IMG/VR virus record: IMGVR_UViG_3300035180_000678
Source of the DNA: a virus
Lineage: Duplodnaviria; Heunggongvirae; Uroviricota; Caudoviricetes
Direction: 5' to 3' (one strand)
DNA: 64,000 nucleotides
Below are positions 27,873 to 35,511 of the stretch, one piece after another. The notes beneath the pieces were generated by a model, which did not search any database, was not told the origin of the DNA, and worked only from the letters and a program-made list of their open reading frames with translations. Numbering within the stretch: the stretch's first letter is position 1; each line of letters begins with the position of its first letter. A program made the position numbers and the translations under genes.

Positions 27873-27908
27873 AGGGACTGGTCCTTCGGGGCTAGTCCCT
27901 TTTTCTTT
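27873..27908 (+). terminator. rho-independent terminator
   Basis: AGGGACTGGTCC-ttcg-GGGCTAGTCCCT followed by TTTTCTTTT. Confidence 0.65.
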
Positions 27909-28279
27909 TGGAGGAAGCCATGTACAAGAAGTTCACCATTGCCATTGATCCACTGGGAGAGCGGTGCGTTCATGCCCTGACTGAGAAGGATGCCAAGGTC
28001 ATTCTGTGGCGAAGCCTGTCCGATGACGAGCAGAACCGGGTTTCCTCAATGGAAGTTGTGGAGGTGGAAGGTGGCCTCGCCAACGAAGAGTTCTTCGCGG
28101 AGCATTGCGAGCACATATCCATCAACAAGTGGCTCGTGCAACTCGTCTCGAAGGGCGTGTGGTACACTGCTTATTTCAAGGCACCCGACGCGATGAAGCC
28201 TCCGCCCGCCGTCCTTTACGCTTCAAAGACGGAAGCCCTCGCTGCTGTGTTCGCAGCGGCTCGAAAAGGGCTGTCGTGA
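27908..28279 (+). CDS. hypothetical protein
   Basis: 123-aa ORF with a GGAGGAAGCC SD. Confidence 0.4.
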   Translation: MEEAMYKKFTIAIDPLGERCVHALTEKDAKVILWRSLSDDEQNRVSSMEVVEVEGGLANEEFFAEHCEHISINKWLVQLVSKGVWYTAYFKAPDAMKPPPAVLYASKTEALAAVFAAARKGLS

Positions 28280-28438
28280 AGGCTGAAGACATCAAGCACA
28301 AGGACCGACTGACGCCCGAACAAATCGGGGCGATTCCGTTGGAACAGGTGTACGAGTGGGTCCGCACGGGTGCGTGGAAGCAGCGTGACTTCCTCCGCTG
28401 GTGCTGGGCTGTCCAACTGACCGATAAGGAGCACTGAC

Positions 28439-28810
28439 ATGGAGAAGATCGACATCGAAAAATTCAAGCGGAGGTTGGCTGCCATCGAACGCCTCGAACA
28501 GAAGGCAAGCGACATTCGCGACGAACTGGAAGAACCCATCCGCAAGCTCATCAAGGAGGCTGGTGTCGGCTCGTTGCTGTGCGAGAAGATCACCGACATC
28601 TACATCCGCTCGACGGAAATCGAGATTCGGACGGAGACGACCCGTGGTGACTTCGACACGAACTACTACAAGCTGCCGCTGTCAATCCTGAAGGCCGACG
28701 ATCCGATGATCGCCGCTGCTGAGTACAAGCGCCGCAAGGCCAGCGCGGCGGATGACGCCCGGCGTGCCCGGACGCTGGCCGAAATCGAACGACTGAAAAG
28801 GAGCCTGTGA
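28439..28810 (+). CDS. hypothetical coiled-coil protein
   Basis: 123-aa ORF with charged heptad-like repeats. Confidence 0.4.
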   Translation: MEKIDIEKFKRRLAAIERLEQKASDIRDELEEPIRKLIKEAGVGSLLCEKITDIYIRSTEIEIRTETTRGDFDTNYYKLPLSILKADDPMIAAAEYKRRKASAADDARRARTLAEIERLKRSL

Positions 28811-29199
28811 TGAAGCAACTCGAACTCGGAAAGACGTACACCACACAAGACAGTCGCCGTGTGACCATGATGGAGGTGAGCGCCAAGTACAAGGGCTACG
28901 AAACGATGGCGGACCAGTACGGTCATCATCGCTACAACCGTTCCACGCAGGACAGCGACAACGGTCGTTCCACGGGTACGGATCACAACTACTCCCATCC
29001 GGGCAACATCGACTGGAGCGTCCCGCCCTTCGAGCCCACGACGGAAGAGATGTATGAGGCAAAGTTCACCCACAGTGTCATCAAGCGCCTCAACGGGCGG
29101 CTGCACGACCTCGAAACTCTCACCCGGGAGTACGTGGAGCACATGAGCTACGCCAAGGGCTTGAGGGTAAAGCTCGACAACATCCTCTACAGCGAATAA
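28807..29199 (+). CDS. hypothetical protein
   Basis: 130-aa ORF with ATGA overlap to the upstream gene. Confidence 0.4.
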   Translation: MMKQLELGKTYTTQDSRRVTMMEVSAKYKGYETMADQYGHHRYNRSTQDSDNGRSTGTDHNYSHPGNIDWSVPPFEPTTEEMYEAKFTHSVIKRLNGRLHDLETLTREYVEHMSYAKGLRVKLDNILYSE

Positions 29200-29484
29200 G
29201 ATGGTGGTCGTCCCACACATCTTTGTGCAGCCTGCGCATCACTGCCACACTTGCGTGGCCTCCCACGCGCACATGAGCCTCACAACGGCCTTGGTGCTCG
29301 GCAGCATCTTCCTCGTCGTGATCGGCCTCTTCGTGTGGGTGCTCGACAAGGCGATGGAATGAGAAGGCGAAAGCCTACAGGGATGAGCGAATGCATCGCT
29401 CGTCTTCGCAAATGGGAGGGCTGGAACAGCAAGCGCCTCTTGAAAAGAAAGAAGAACGAACCTCTTGACATCACGGAAGGAACC

Positions 29485-29697
29485 ATGCAACAATCCCTCA
29501 TCGTTTACTCGAAAAACCGCTGCCAAGGCTGCGACACCCTCAAAGCCCGACTGAAGTCTGCGGGTATTGACTTCGAGGAACGAAACATCGACAATGACGA
29601 GGACGCCAAGAACTTCCTCCTGAGCCACGGCCACCGCAGCGTGCCCGTCGTCTACCGGAACGGCATCCACGTCCCCGCCAGCGAAGTGCTGGCCTAA
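29485..29697 (+). CDS. glutaredoxin/NrdH-like redoxin
   Basis: VYSKNRCQGCDTLK (CxxC after a beta strand), GIDFEERNID and SVPVVY are the glutaredoxin fold signatures. GGAAGGAACC SD. An upstream in-frame ATG at 29359 is also possible. Confidence 0.6.
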   Translation: MQQSLIVYSKNRCQGCDTLKARLKSAGIDFEERNIDNDEDAKNFLLSHGHRSVPVVYRNGIHVPASEVLA

Positions 29698-29716
29698 CAC
29701 AAGGAGAACGACACTC

Positions 29717-30271
29717 ATGCATTTCGACGGTTCCACGTACACGCACGACCGTGACGGCAAGCGCCTCGGCCAACAGTACCTCCGCGTCTTCGGCGTCATG
29801 AAGGACGGCCAGTGGCGATCCCTCAGCGACATCCGTCGCGTGACGAAAGACCCCGAGAGCAGCGTGAGTGCGCGTCTCCGCGACATGCGCAAGGAACGCT
29901 TCGGTAGCCTGCAAGTCGAACGCCGCTACGTCGCGGACGGTCTGTACGAGTACAAGCTGAACCTCGGCGACACGGCTCCCGTTCTCAAGGATGAGAAGCC
30001 CGCCTACGAGCCCGGCAAGGTCACGATGACCGTGGATGGCTGGACGCTTCACGACGGCAAGAGTGTCCCGGTGATCCCGAAAAATGCAGTCGTCCATGTC
30101 AAGTTCCGTGATGGCTACATCGACGACAGCGGCTCCCCGAACACGGTGCAATATTGGACCACGGTTTGTGGTCACAACAACTGGCTCACGGCGGGTACGC
30201 CCGGATCGGGCCGTGGCGGCAAAGGTGCCGAAGACTTCGACATCGTGGCCTACAAGATCGTCAAGCCCTGA
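29717..30271 (+). CDS. hypothetical protein
   Basis: 184-aa ORF with a AAGGAGAACGACACTC SD. Confidence 0.45.
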   Translation: MHFDGSTYTHDRDGKRLGQQYLRVFGVMKDGQWRSLSDIRRVTKDPESSVSARLRDMRKERFGSLQVERRYVADGLYEYKLNLGDTAPVLKDEKPAYEPGKVTMTVDGWTLHDGKSVPVIPKNAVVHVKFRDGYIDDSGSPNTVQYWTTVCGHNNWLTAGTPGSGRGGKGAEDFDIVAYKIVKP

Positions 30272-30279
30272 TTTCTTCC

Positions 30280-30356
30280 GGGCGTGGTGATATGTTAGGT
30301 CATCGCTGCTGGCTACAGGCAGGTTATCGCGGGTTCAAGTCCCGCCACGTCCACCA
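30280..30356 (+). tRNA. tRNA-like element with CUA in the anticodon position (candidate amber-reading tRNA); non-canonical loop
   Basis: Hand-folded 77-nt cloverleaf. Acceptor gggcgtg/cacgtcc (6 WC + 1 GU), discriminator A, encoded CCA. D arm gata-tgttaggt-catc. Anticodon stem ctgct/ggcag, loop g-g-CTA-c-a. T arm gcggg-TTCAAGT-cccgc. G33 and C37 are atypical. Confidence 0.35.
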
Positions 30357-30382
30357 CTCACAATACAAGGAGAACCAACACA

Positions 30383-30514
30383 ATGTACTTCCGCCACGAA
30401 TGGGACCGCAAGGCCCTCGCCACCCACACGAAGAACCAGATCGAGAACGCCCGGGATCGCCTCAAGGCCGTCGCTGCGAAGAAGAAGCTGAAGAAGATGG
30501 GGCGTCTCTCGTGA
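30383..30514 (+). CDS. small basic protein (43 aa)
   Basis: Strong SD CAAGGAGAACC then ATG. MYFRHEWDRKALATHTKNQIENARDRLKAVAAKKKLKKMGRLS. Below the ORF-track cutoff. Confidence 0.35.
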   Translation: MYFRHEWDRKALATHTKNQIENARDRLKAVAAKKKLKKMGRLS

Positions 30515-30873
30515 TCGACACCTCCAAGACCTACACCGTGGGCGGGCGTCCGGCCGTGTTCGTGCGCCGCCTGTCGGGCGACACCGAATACCCGCTGGTC
30601 TTCATCTGCCAGCACACGAGCGGTGATGAGTACGTCGAGACGTTCGCTGAGAACGGCCGCGTGTACCGACATGAAGTCAACCCGGACTGCGACCTGATCG
30701 AAGTCATCCCGCCGAAGTACAAGCTCGTCTGGAACGACGGCACGACGATCCCGAATGGCATGGCTGCGTGGGCCGACCGCGACGAACTGGACGCTGGCTA
30801 CCAAGGCTACGACCGAGCGGGCTGGCTCGTCCTTCAGGGCGACAAGGTGACGTGGGAGCCCATCAAGCAATGA
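30511..30873 (+). CDS. hypothetical protein (GTG start overlapping upstream stop)
   Basis: GTGA overlap. The frame continues 120 aa to the stop at 30873. Confidence 0.4.
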   Translation: MIDTSKTYTVGGRPAVFVRRLSGDTEYPLVFICQHTSGDEYVETFAENGRVYRHEVNPDCDLIEVIPPKYKLVWNDGTTIPNGMAAWADRDELDAGYQGYDRAGWLVLQGDKVTWEPIKQ

Positions 30874-31253
30874 ACCTCCAAGACATTGCGTCGGACTGGC
30901 GCATCAACCTCGACGTGCTTGACGGGGTTACCCCGCTGGTGTACGATTACACCTACGCCGACTACTCGGGCAGCGCCTACGGCCTGTTCCAACGCATCGA
31001 CGGCTCGCTCTTCGAGGTGCATGGCAGCCACTGTTCCTGCTACGGCCTCGAAGACCAGTGGTGCGAAGAAGACGTGACCATCGAGTTCGTGCGGGATCGT
31101 CTCGCCAACGGCACCTATGTGTCGCGTTCCTACAGCGCGGTGGAAGCCGAACTGCAAGCGGTGGTCAATTTTCTGGCACCTTCCGAAGAGGAAGCAGCGG
31201 GCACGGCTTTCGGTGAGGCCGTGTTCAACAACATCGTCAACCAACTCACCTGA
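30870..31253 (+). CDS. hypothetical protein
   Basis: ATGA overlap. 127 aa. Confidence 0.45.
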   Translation: MNLQDIASDWRINLDVLDGVTPLVYDYTYADYSGSAYGLFQRIDGSLFEVHGSHCSCYGLEDQWCEEDVTIEFVRDRLANGTYVSRSYSAVEAELQAVVNFLAPSEEEAAGTAFGEAVFNNIVNQLT

Positions 31254-31270
31254 CCACAAGGAGAACTACC

Positions 31271-31542
31271 ATCAGCAAGACCACCATCACGCTCGGCGAC
31301 GGGCAAGACTACGAAGTCGATGTCGAAGCGTTCAGCAACGGCAAGGGCGAGGCCAACGACGCGCTCGACGCGCTGGAGGAAGCCAAGTCCGCCTTCAAGA
31401 CGGCTGTCGAAGAACTGGCTGAAGCCACGGGCATCAAGAAGGCCGTCCTGTCGAAGTACCTGAAGGCGAAGCACGCCGCGAAGCTCAAGGAAGCCCGCGC
31501 CACGGCCGACACCTTCGACGCGCTGGACTCGGTGCGGTAAGG
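31271..31542 (+). CDS. hypothetical coiled-coil protein with apparent non-AUG (ATC) start
   Basis: Near-perfect SD AAGGAGAA 5 nt upstream of ATC at 31271. A 90-codon frame (SKTTITLGDGQDYEV...ALDSVR) with no in-frame ATG/GTG/TTG upstream. Confidence 0.3.
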
Positions 31543-31618
31543 AACTACGGGTTTTCCCTAGCTTTACACGTGTCTCAAAACGTGGCAGAATCAAAGAGCA
31601 ACAACCGTAGGAGGTGCC

Positions 31619-31741
31619 ATGTTGCCGAGACACACCCGTGAAGAAGAGAAGCCCGTCATCCCGTTCGTTGTCATCGTTGCCCTGTGCATGATGGTTGTGG
31701 GCGTGATGGCAGCCGTCGCAGTGTTCTGGCCTGACAAATGA
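31619..31741 (+). CDS. small membrane protein (40 aa)
   Basis: GTAGGAGGTGCC SD then ATG. MLPRHTREEEKPVIPFVVIVALCMMVVGVMAAVAVFWPDK. Confidence 0.35.
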   Translation: MLPRHTREEEKPVIPFVVIVALCMMVVGVMAAVAVFWPDK

Positions 31742-31744
31742 AAA

Positions 31745-31776
31745 AAGGGACACACCCCGAAAGGTGTGTCCCTGAA
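31745..31776. terminator. bidirectional rho-independent terminator at the strand switch
   Basis: AAAAAGGGACACACC-ccgaaa-GGTGTGTCCCTGAAAA: perfect 10-bp GC-rich inverted repeat flanked by A-run and T-run. Confidence 0.7.
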
Positions 31777-31837
31777 AATGCTTACCACAGCATAAAACTG
31801 GATTGCCCCTCTGTCCTCACGGATGGAGGGGCTTTGT

Positions 31838-32305
31838 TCATTTCCGCTGGAGGTATTCCAGCGCGCGATTCAATCCTGTCACGTTGTCTCCCAACAGGCC
31901 CAAGCCTGTGTTACAGCCCGTACAAAGCAAACCACGTACTCTCCCGGTTTGGTGGCAGTGATCTATACAGTAGCCAACCCTCTCAGGCGTGTCTTCAAAA
32001 GGTTGCTCACACAACGCACAGCTTCGGTTTTGGCTCTCCAATCGTGCTTCGACCTGAGCTTTGCTCAGGCCATACTTAGCCTCAATCGAGTTCCACCTTT
32101 TGCACTCCAAGTCCCTTGCCCTCTTTTCCGGGTTGGAAGCTCTCGCCTCAGCATACCCGTCAAACTTATCAGCATGGGTTTCTCGGTATTGCGTGAAGTA
32201 GTCTGCACGCTTGGGCCTCTTTCGATTGTGCTCTCGGTTGTAGCACGTTCGACAAAGACCTTTACCGTAATACTTCTGGTCCGGATGACAGTCAGCTACT
32301 CGCAT
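31838..32305 (-). CDS. endonuclease VII-like Holliday-junction resolvase
   Basis: GYCIDHCHQTGRVRGLLCTGCNTGLG matches the T4 endo VII family signature (HxDHCH...RGLLC..CN). Confidence 0.75.
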   Translation of the reverse strand: MRVADCHPDQKYYGKGLCRTCYNREHNRKRPKRADYFTQYRETHADKFDGYAEARASNPEKRARDLECKRWNSIEAKYGLSKAQVEARLESQNRSCALCEQPFEDTPERVGYCIDHCHQTGRVRGLLCTGCNTGLGLLGDNVTGLNRALEYLQRK

Positions 32306-32831
32306 TTATTTGGACTGGAGGGGAGCGGGCGATGATGTCGGTCTTTGCTTGACTCGAAGCGGTGGTGCCGAACCAGTAAGCCACGACGCCTGTGAAGGCT
32401 GTCGCAAACGAGCCGAGCATCAGCATGAGAGCTTGGTTGTCCTTGTATTGGAGGACACCTGTCATCATGCCAGTGAGCAGGCCGAAGAATCCGATTGTGA
32501 TGAAGGAGGACAACAGGGCAGGCATGATGCTCTTCGTGTTGACTTCCAGAGCCCGGGCGTCCTTGCGGTCGCTCGCGGCAATCGTTTCCAGATCGGTGAC
32601 TTGCTTGAACCCGAGGGTCTGCATAGTCTCTTGGAAGTTCTGATCCGCCTGCTTCAGCTTGAGGATGTCTTCCTGAGTCACCCCAGCAAGGGCGTTTTTA
32701 AGCCCGTCAGCGGACTTATCCGACAGTCCCAAGGCAGAGGTAGCGGCATCAACCGCCAAGCCTCCCAACGGGCCTCCTAGGGCCGTTCCGATCCACGGGG
32801 CGACTGTCTTGAGCAAAGAACCGAGGTCCAT
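32292..32831 (-). CDS. lysis-cassette membrane protein (coiled-coil N-domain, two C-terminal TM helices)
   Basis: Start taken at the internal ATG (MDLGSLL) just after the endolysin stop. TM segments IMPALLSSFITIGFFGLLTGMMTG and LMLMLGSFATAFTGVVAYWFG. Confidence 0.4.
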   Translation of the reverse strand: MDLGSLLKTVAPWIGTALGGPLGGLAVDAATSALGLSDKSADGLKNALAGVTQEDILKLKQADQNFQETMQTLGFKQVTDLETIAASDRKDARALEVNTKSIMPALLSSFITIGFFGLLTGMMTGVLQYKDNQALMLMLGSFATAFTGVVAYWFGTTASSQAKTDIIARSPPVQINASS

Positions 32832-32844
32832 GTTGTCCTTTCGT

Positions 32845-33378
32845 TTAGGCGGCGAGCGCCTTCTTGGCAGCTTCCCACAGGGCTTGGCGTGAAGCCAGTC
32901 CGTTCGTGCCACCGTTGACGCGCTTTGTCAGGGTGATGAAGTCACCCGAGTCTGCGTACTGGTTGAGGTTGTGCTTCTTCCAGAACCAGCCTGCACTCCG
33001 GGCCGCATTGTACGGTTGCTCCATGAGTTCAGGATGCTCCACACAATCGAGCTTCAGGTCCGCCGCGAGGGCGATGTAGTTCGCCTTACCCGTGATCTGA
33101 AGGAGGCCCCGGCCCTTGTACTTCACGCCATCGCCCGGAGAGGTGTTGCCAAGGTCATGACGACCTTCGTAGGCTTCACCCGAGGCGAGTTCCTTGACGT
33201 ACACCAGTTCGCCGCTTTCGTGCCCGACTTGAGCAAGGAAGGCAGCCGCACGGGCCGGGGTGTCGATGCCGAATTCGTACATCGCAGCGTTCAGCGGTGC
33301 GAGGAACATCGACGCACGCATGTGGTTCTTCGCGTTCGGCATAATCGCGAGAAGCTGGTCGATTGTGAGTTGGATCAT
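32845..33378 (-). CDS. endolysin, glycoside hydrolase family 19 (chitinase-like) fold
   Basis: AAFLAQVGHESG...KYKGRGLLQITGKANY matches the GH19 catalytic region. Adjacent to the holin. Confidence 0.7.
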   Translation of the reverse strand: MIQLTIDQLLAIMPNAKNHMRASMFLAPLNAAMYEFGIDTPARAAAFLAQVGHESGELVYVKELASGEAYEGRHDLGNTSPGDGVKYKGRGLLQITGKANYIALAADLKLDCVEHPELMEQPYNAARSAGWFWKKHNLNQYADSGDFITLTKRVNGGTNGLASRQALWEAAKKALAA

Positions 33379-33737
33379 TGCTTCTTGTCTCCGTTTTCAT
33401 CCAGCCCTTCAGCCTTCAACACTTCGCGAACGATCTTGAACTTCGACGCGAGCTTCAGGAGAGCAGGAGTGCCCATGTGCGCTGCGACACCGCAGAAGAT
33501 ACCGACGAGCGGACCGCTGATGTGAGCGTACTGGCAACCGAGGAATGTCATCCAACCTGCGAAGGACGACGACGAAAGGTGAGCAAACAAACTCACCCAT
33601 GAGAACTTTTCTTTCTTCTCGAAGAACGACACGAGGCCACCCCAAATCGAAATCACAAGGACACCGGCATAGGTGAGCCAGTCGGCAGAGATGAAGTTAG
33701 AGTTCTTTGCTGGCTCAAGGTTTTCAAACATGGTCAA
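33375..33737 (-). CDS. holin (three predicted TM helices)
   Basis: 120 aa. TM helices AGVLVISIWGGLVSFF, VSLFAHLSSSSFAGWMTFLG and LVGIFCGVAAHMG. Charged C-terminus. Overlaps the endolysin start. Confidence 0.6.
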   Translation of the reverse strand: MTMFENLEPAKNSNFISADWLTYAGVLVISIWGGLVSFFEKKEKFSWVSLFAHLSSSSFAGWMTFLGCQYAHISGPLVGIFCGVAAHMGTPALLKLASKFKIVREVLKAEGLDENGDKKQ

Positions 33738-34606
33738 AGGAGATAGGTTCCAGAAATCCAGAAGTTGCAGGAGGTGTCCATTGCCAGCGCAGCAACACCC
33801 GCACCTGTCGAGAACGTTTCAAGGTTGATCTGAGTTGTGTTCTTCGGGACCACTGCACTCAGTTGGTTGGAGAACGTCAGGTTGGTTGCCCGGATGTCCA
33901 CAGGGCAATCAATTGTGGATTGGCTCGTGAAGGGAAGACCTGTCACGATCATGTTGCCAGTGCCCGTGTGCGCAGTCTGGTTGATTTCAAGCACGAACGT
34001 CACCACGTTGCCGACACGTGTGTACTTGCCGTTCTGCGTGGTGTATGTACCCGCACCGGCTGTTGTTGTCCCAGCCACCACAGGGGTGAACGTACCCTCT
34101 TGGTAGTAGTCCAGCGTGTTCACGTCGGACGAAAGAGTCGTGCCGATCTTGTAGCCGGTTGCACTGACAGGCGCAGCATTGAACGTGATCGTCACCGTGC
34201 CCGAGGAAGGGCCGATGTTGATGTTCGTCGTCGCGGTGCCAACCACGCCAGTACCAATGTTGACAGTCTTGGTGTTGCCGTTGGCTGTAGCACCCGTGCC
34301 AAGGTTGATTGTGCCGTTGGCAGTGCCGCCCCCGAACGTGCTGTTGGCCGCGTTGAAGATGTTGTTGCCTGTCCACGTCTGGCCTTGGTTCAGTAGTCCG
34401 AGGGTGCCAGAGGCGTTGGGCAACGTATACGTGTTCGTAGTTGCTGTCGTGAAGCCAGAGCAATCGAACTTGGCAATCTTGGTGGTGTCAGTCGTGTCGT
34501 AAATCGCGAAGGCTGTCGTTGTGTATGTCGTCGTAGACGCCAGAGCCACAAGGGCATTCAACTGCGTGATGTAGTCAAGCTGACCAATCGAGAAGGCAAT
34601 GGTCAT
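33734..34606 (-). CDS. tail fiber protein (Thr/Gly/Asn-rich)
   Basis: 290-aa low-complexity T/G/N/A-rich beta-type sequence, typical of fiber shafts. Lies in the tail gene block. Confidence 0.55.
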   Translation of the reverse strand: MTIAFSIGQLDYITQLNALVALASTTTYTTTAFAIYDTTDTTKIAKFDCSGFTTATTNTYTLPNASGTLGLLNQGQTWTGNNIFNAANSTFGGGTANGTINLGTGATANGNTKTVNIGTGVVGTATTNINIGPSSGTVTITFNAAPVSATGYKIGTTLSSDVNTLDYYQEGTFTPVVAGTTTAGAGTYTTQNGKYTRVGNVVTFVLEINQTAHTGTGNMIVTGLPFTSQSTIDCPVDIRATNLTFSNQLSAVVPKNTTQINLETFSTGAGVAALAMDTSCNFWISGTYLL

Positions 34607-35454
34607 CAGATTTCCTCAAGGTCAAGGGATGTGGCGAACTGATTCATGTAGGTGTAGTTGATGATCGCACCCTTCGTCAGCTTGCCGTAGATCGAGAAGA
34701 TTTGCTCTTCCATCGTGTCCGTGTTTTCAGGGGCAAGACTCACCCACATTGGCTTGTACATCCCATTGCCGCGAGCAATCCGCCAGATGTAGTCACGGTC
34801 TTGAGAAGGCATCAGCGAAAGGTCAAGACTGAGAGTCTTGAACATCGAGCCCCGATCTGTGCGAAGATCACCAGCATCCGAGCGTTCGTTCTTCGATGTC
34901 TCCCCAACACCAACCTTCACAGAGCCGTGAGCAGGGTTGTAAGTGGGAGAGAAGTACGGACCCAAGACAATCTTGCCCGCTTCGATATAGCTCGCACCGG
35001 AGGCGGAGTCATCGAAGAGGATGATGACCTTCTGTCCCGAGACGGCCGGGAAATACATCACCGCAGCCGAAGAGCCGCCGTAGGAGTAGGCGTTGACGCC
35101 GAACGGGATCACACCCCAGTCGGCAGAGTAGCCTTGCAGTGAAGAAGGCGAGCACAGCTTCCAACCCGAGTCGTAAACCGGAGAGGCGTCCCCAGCAAGC
35201 GTGAATACCTTGACGCGCATCGCGCATGTCGAAGTGAAAGAGCCGAATGGAAAGGCCACGCAAGAGAACGTCTCAGTCGTGGGCCACGTGAGCGTGAGGT
35301 AGGGAGTGTTTGTTGTGGACCGCCACACTTCCGACTTGATGTCTGTGAGAAGGTTGGTGACGGCGAGGCTACCTGCCGTGTTGCTGGCAGTGAAGAGGTT
35401 ATTGCGATCCGCTGCATTGTTGTAGCAGATGCGGAGATTGTAGGCTGTGGTCAT
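34606..35454 (-). CDS. tail fiber / distal tail protein
   Basis: 282-aa ORF translationally coupled between the tail fiber genes. Confidence 0.5.
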   Translation of the reverse strand: MTTAYNLRICYNNAADRNNLFTASNTAGSLAVTNLLTDIKSEVWRSTTNTPYLTLTWPTTETFSCVAFPFGSFTSTCAMRVKVFTLAGDASPVYDSGWKLCSPSSLQGYSADWGVIPFGVNAYSYGGSSAAVMYFPAVSGQKVIILFDDSASGASYIEAGKIVLGPYFSPTYNPAHGSVKVGVGETSKNERSDAGDLRTDRGSMFKTLSLDLSLMPSQDRDYIWRIARGNGMYKPMWVSLAPENTDTMEEQIFSIYGKLTKGAIINYTYMNQFATSLDLEEI

Positions 35455-35511
35455 GCTTTCTCAGAAATGGGAACGGGAGGCCGAAGCCTCCCGATTCGAT
35501 TGACGTTAGCG

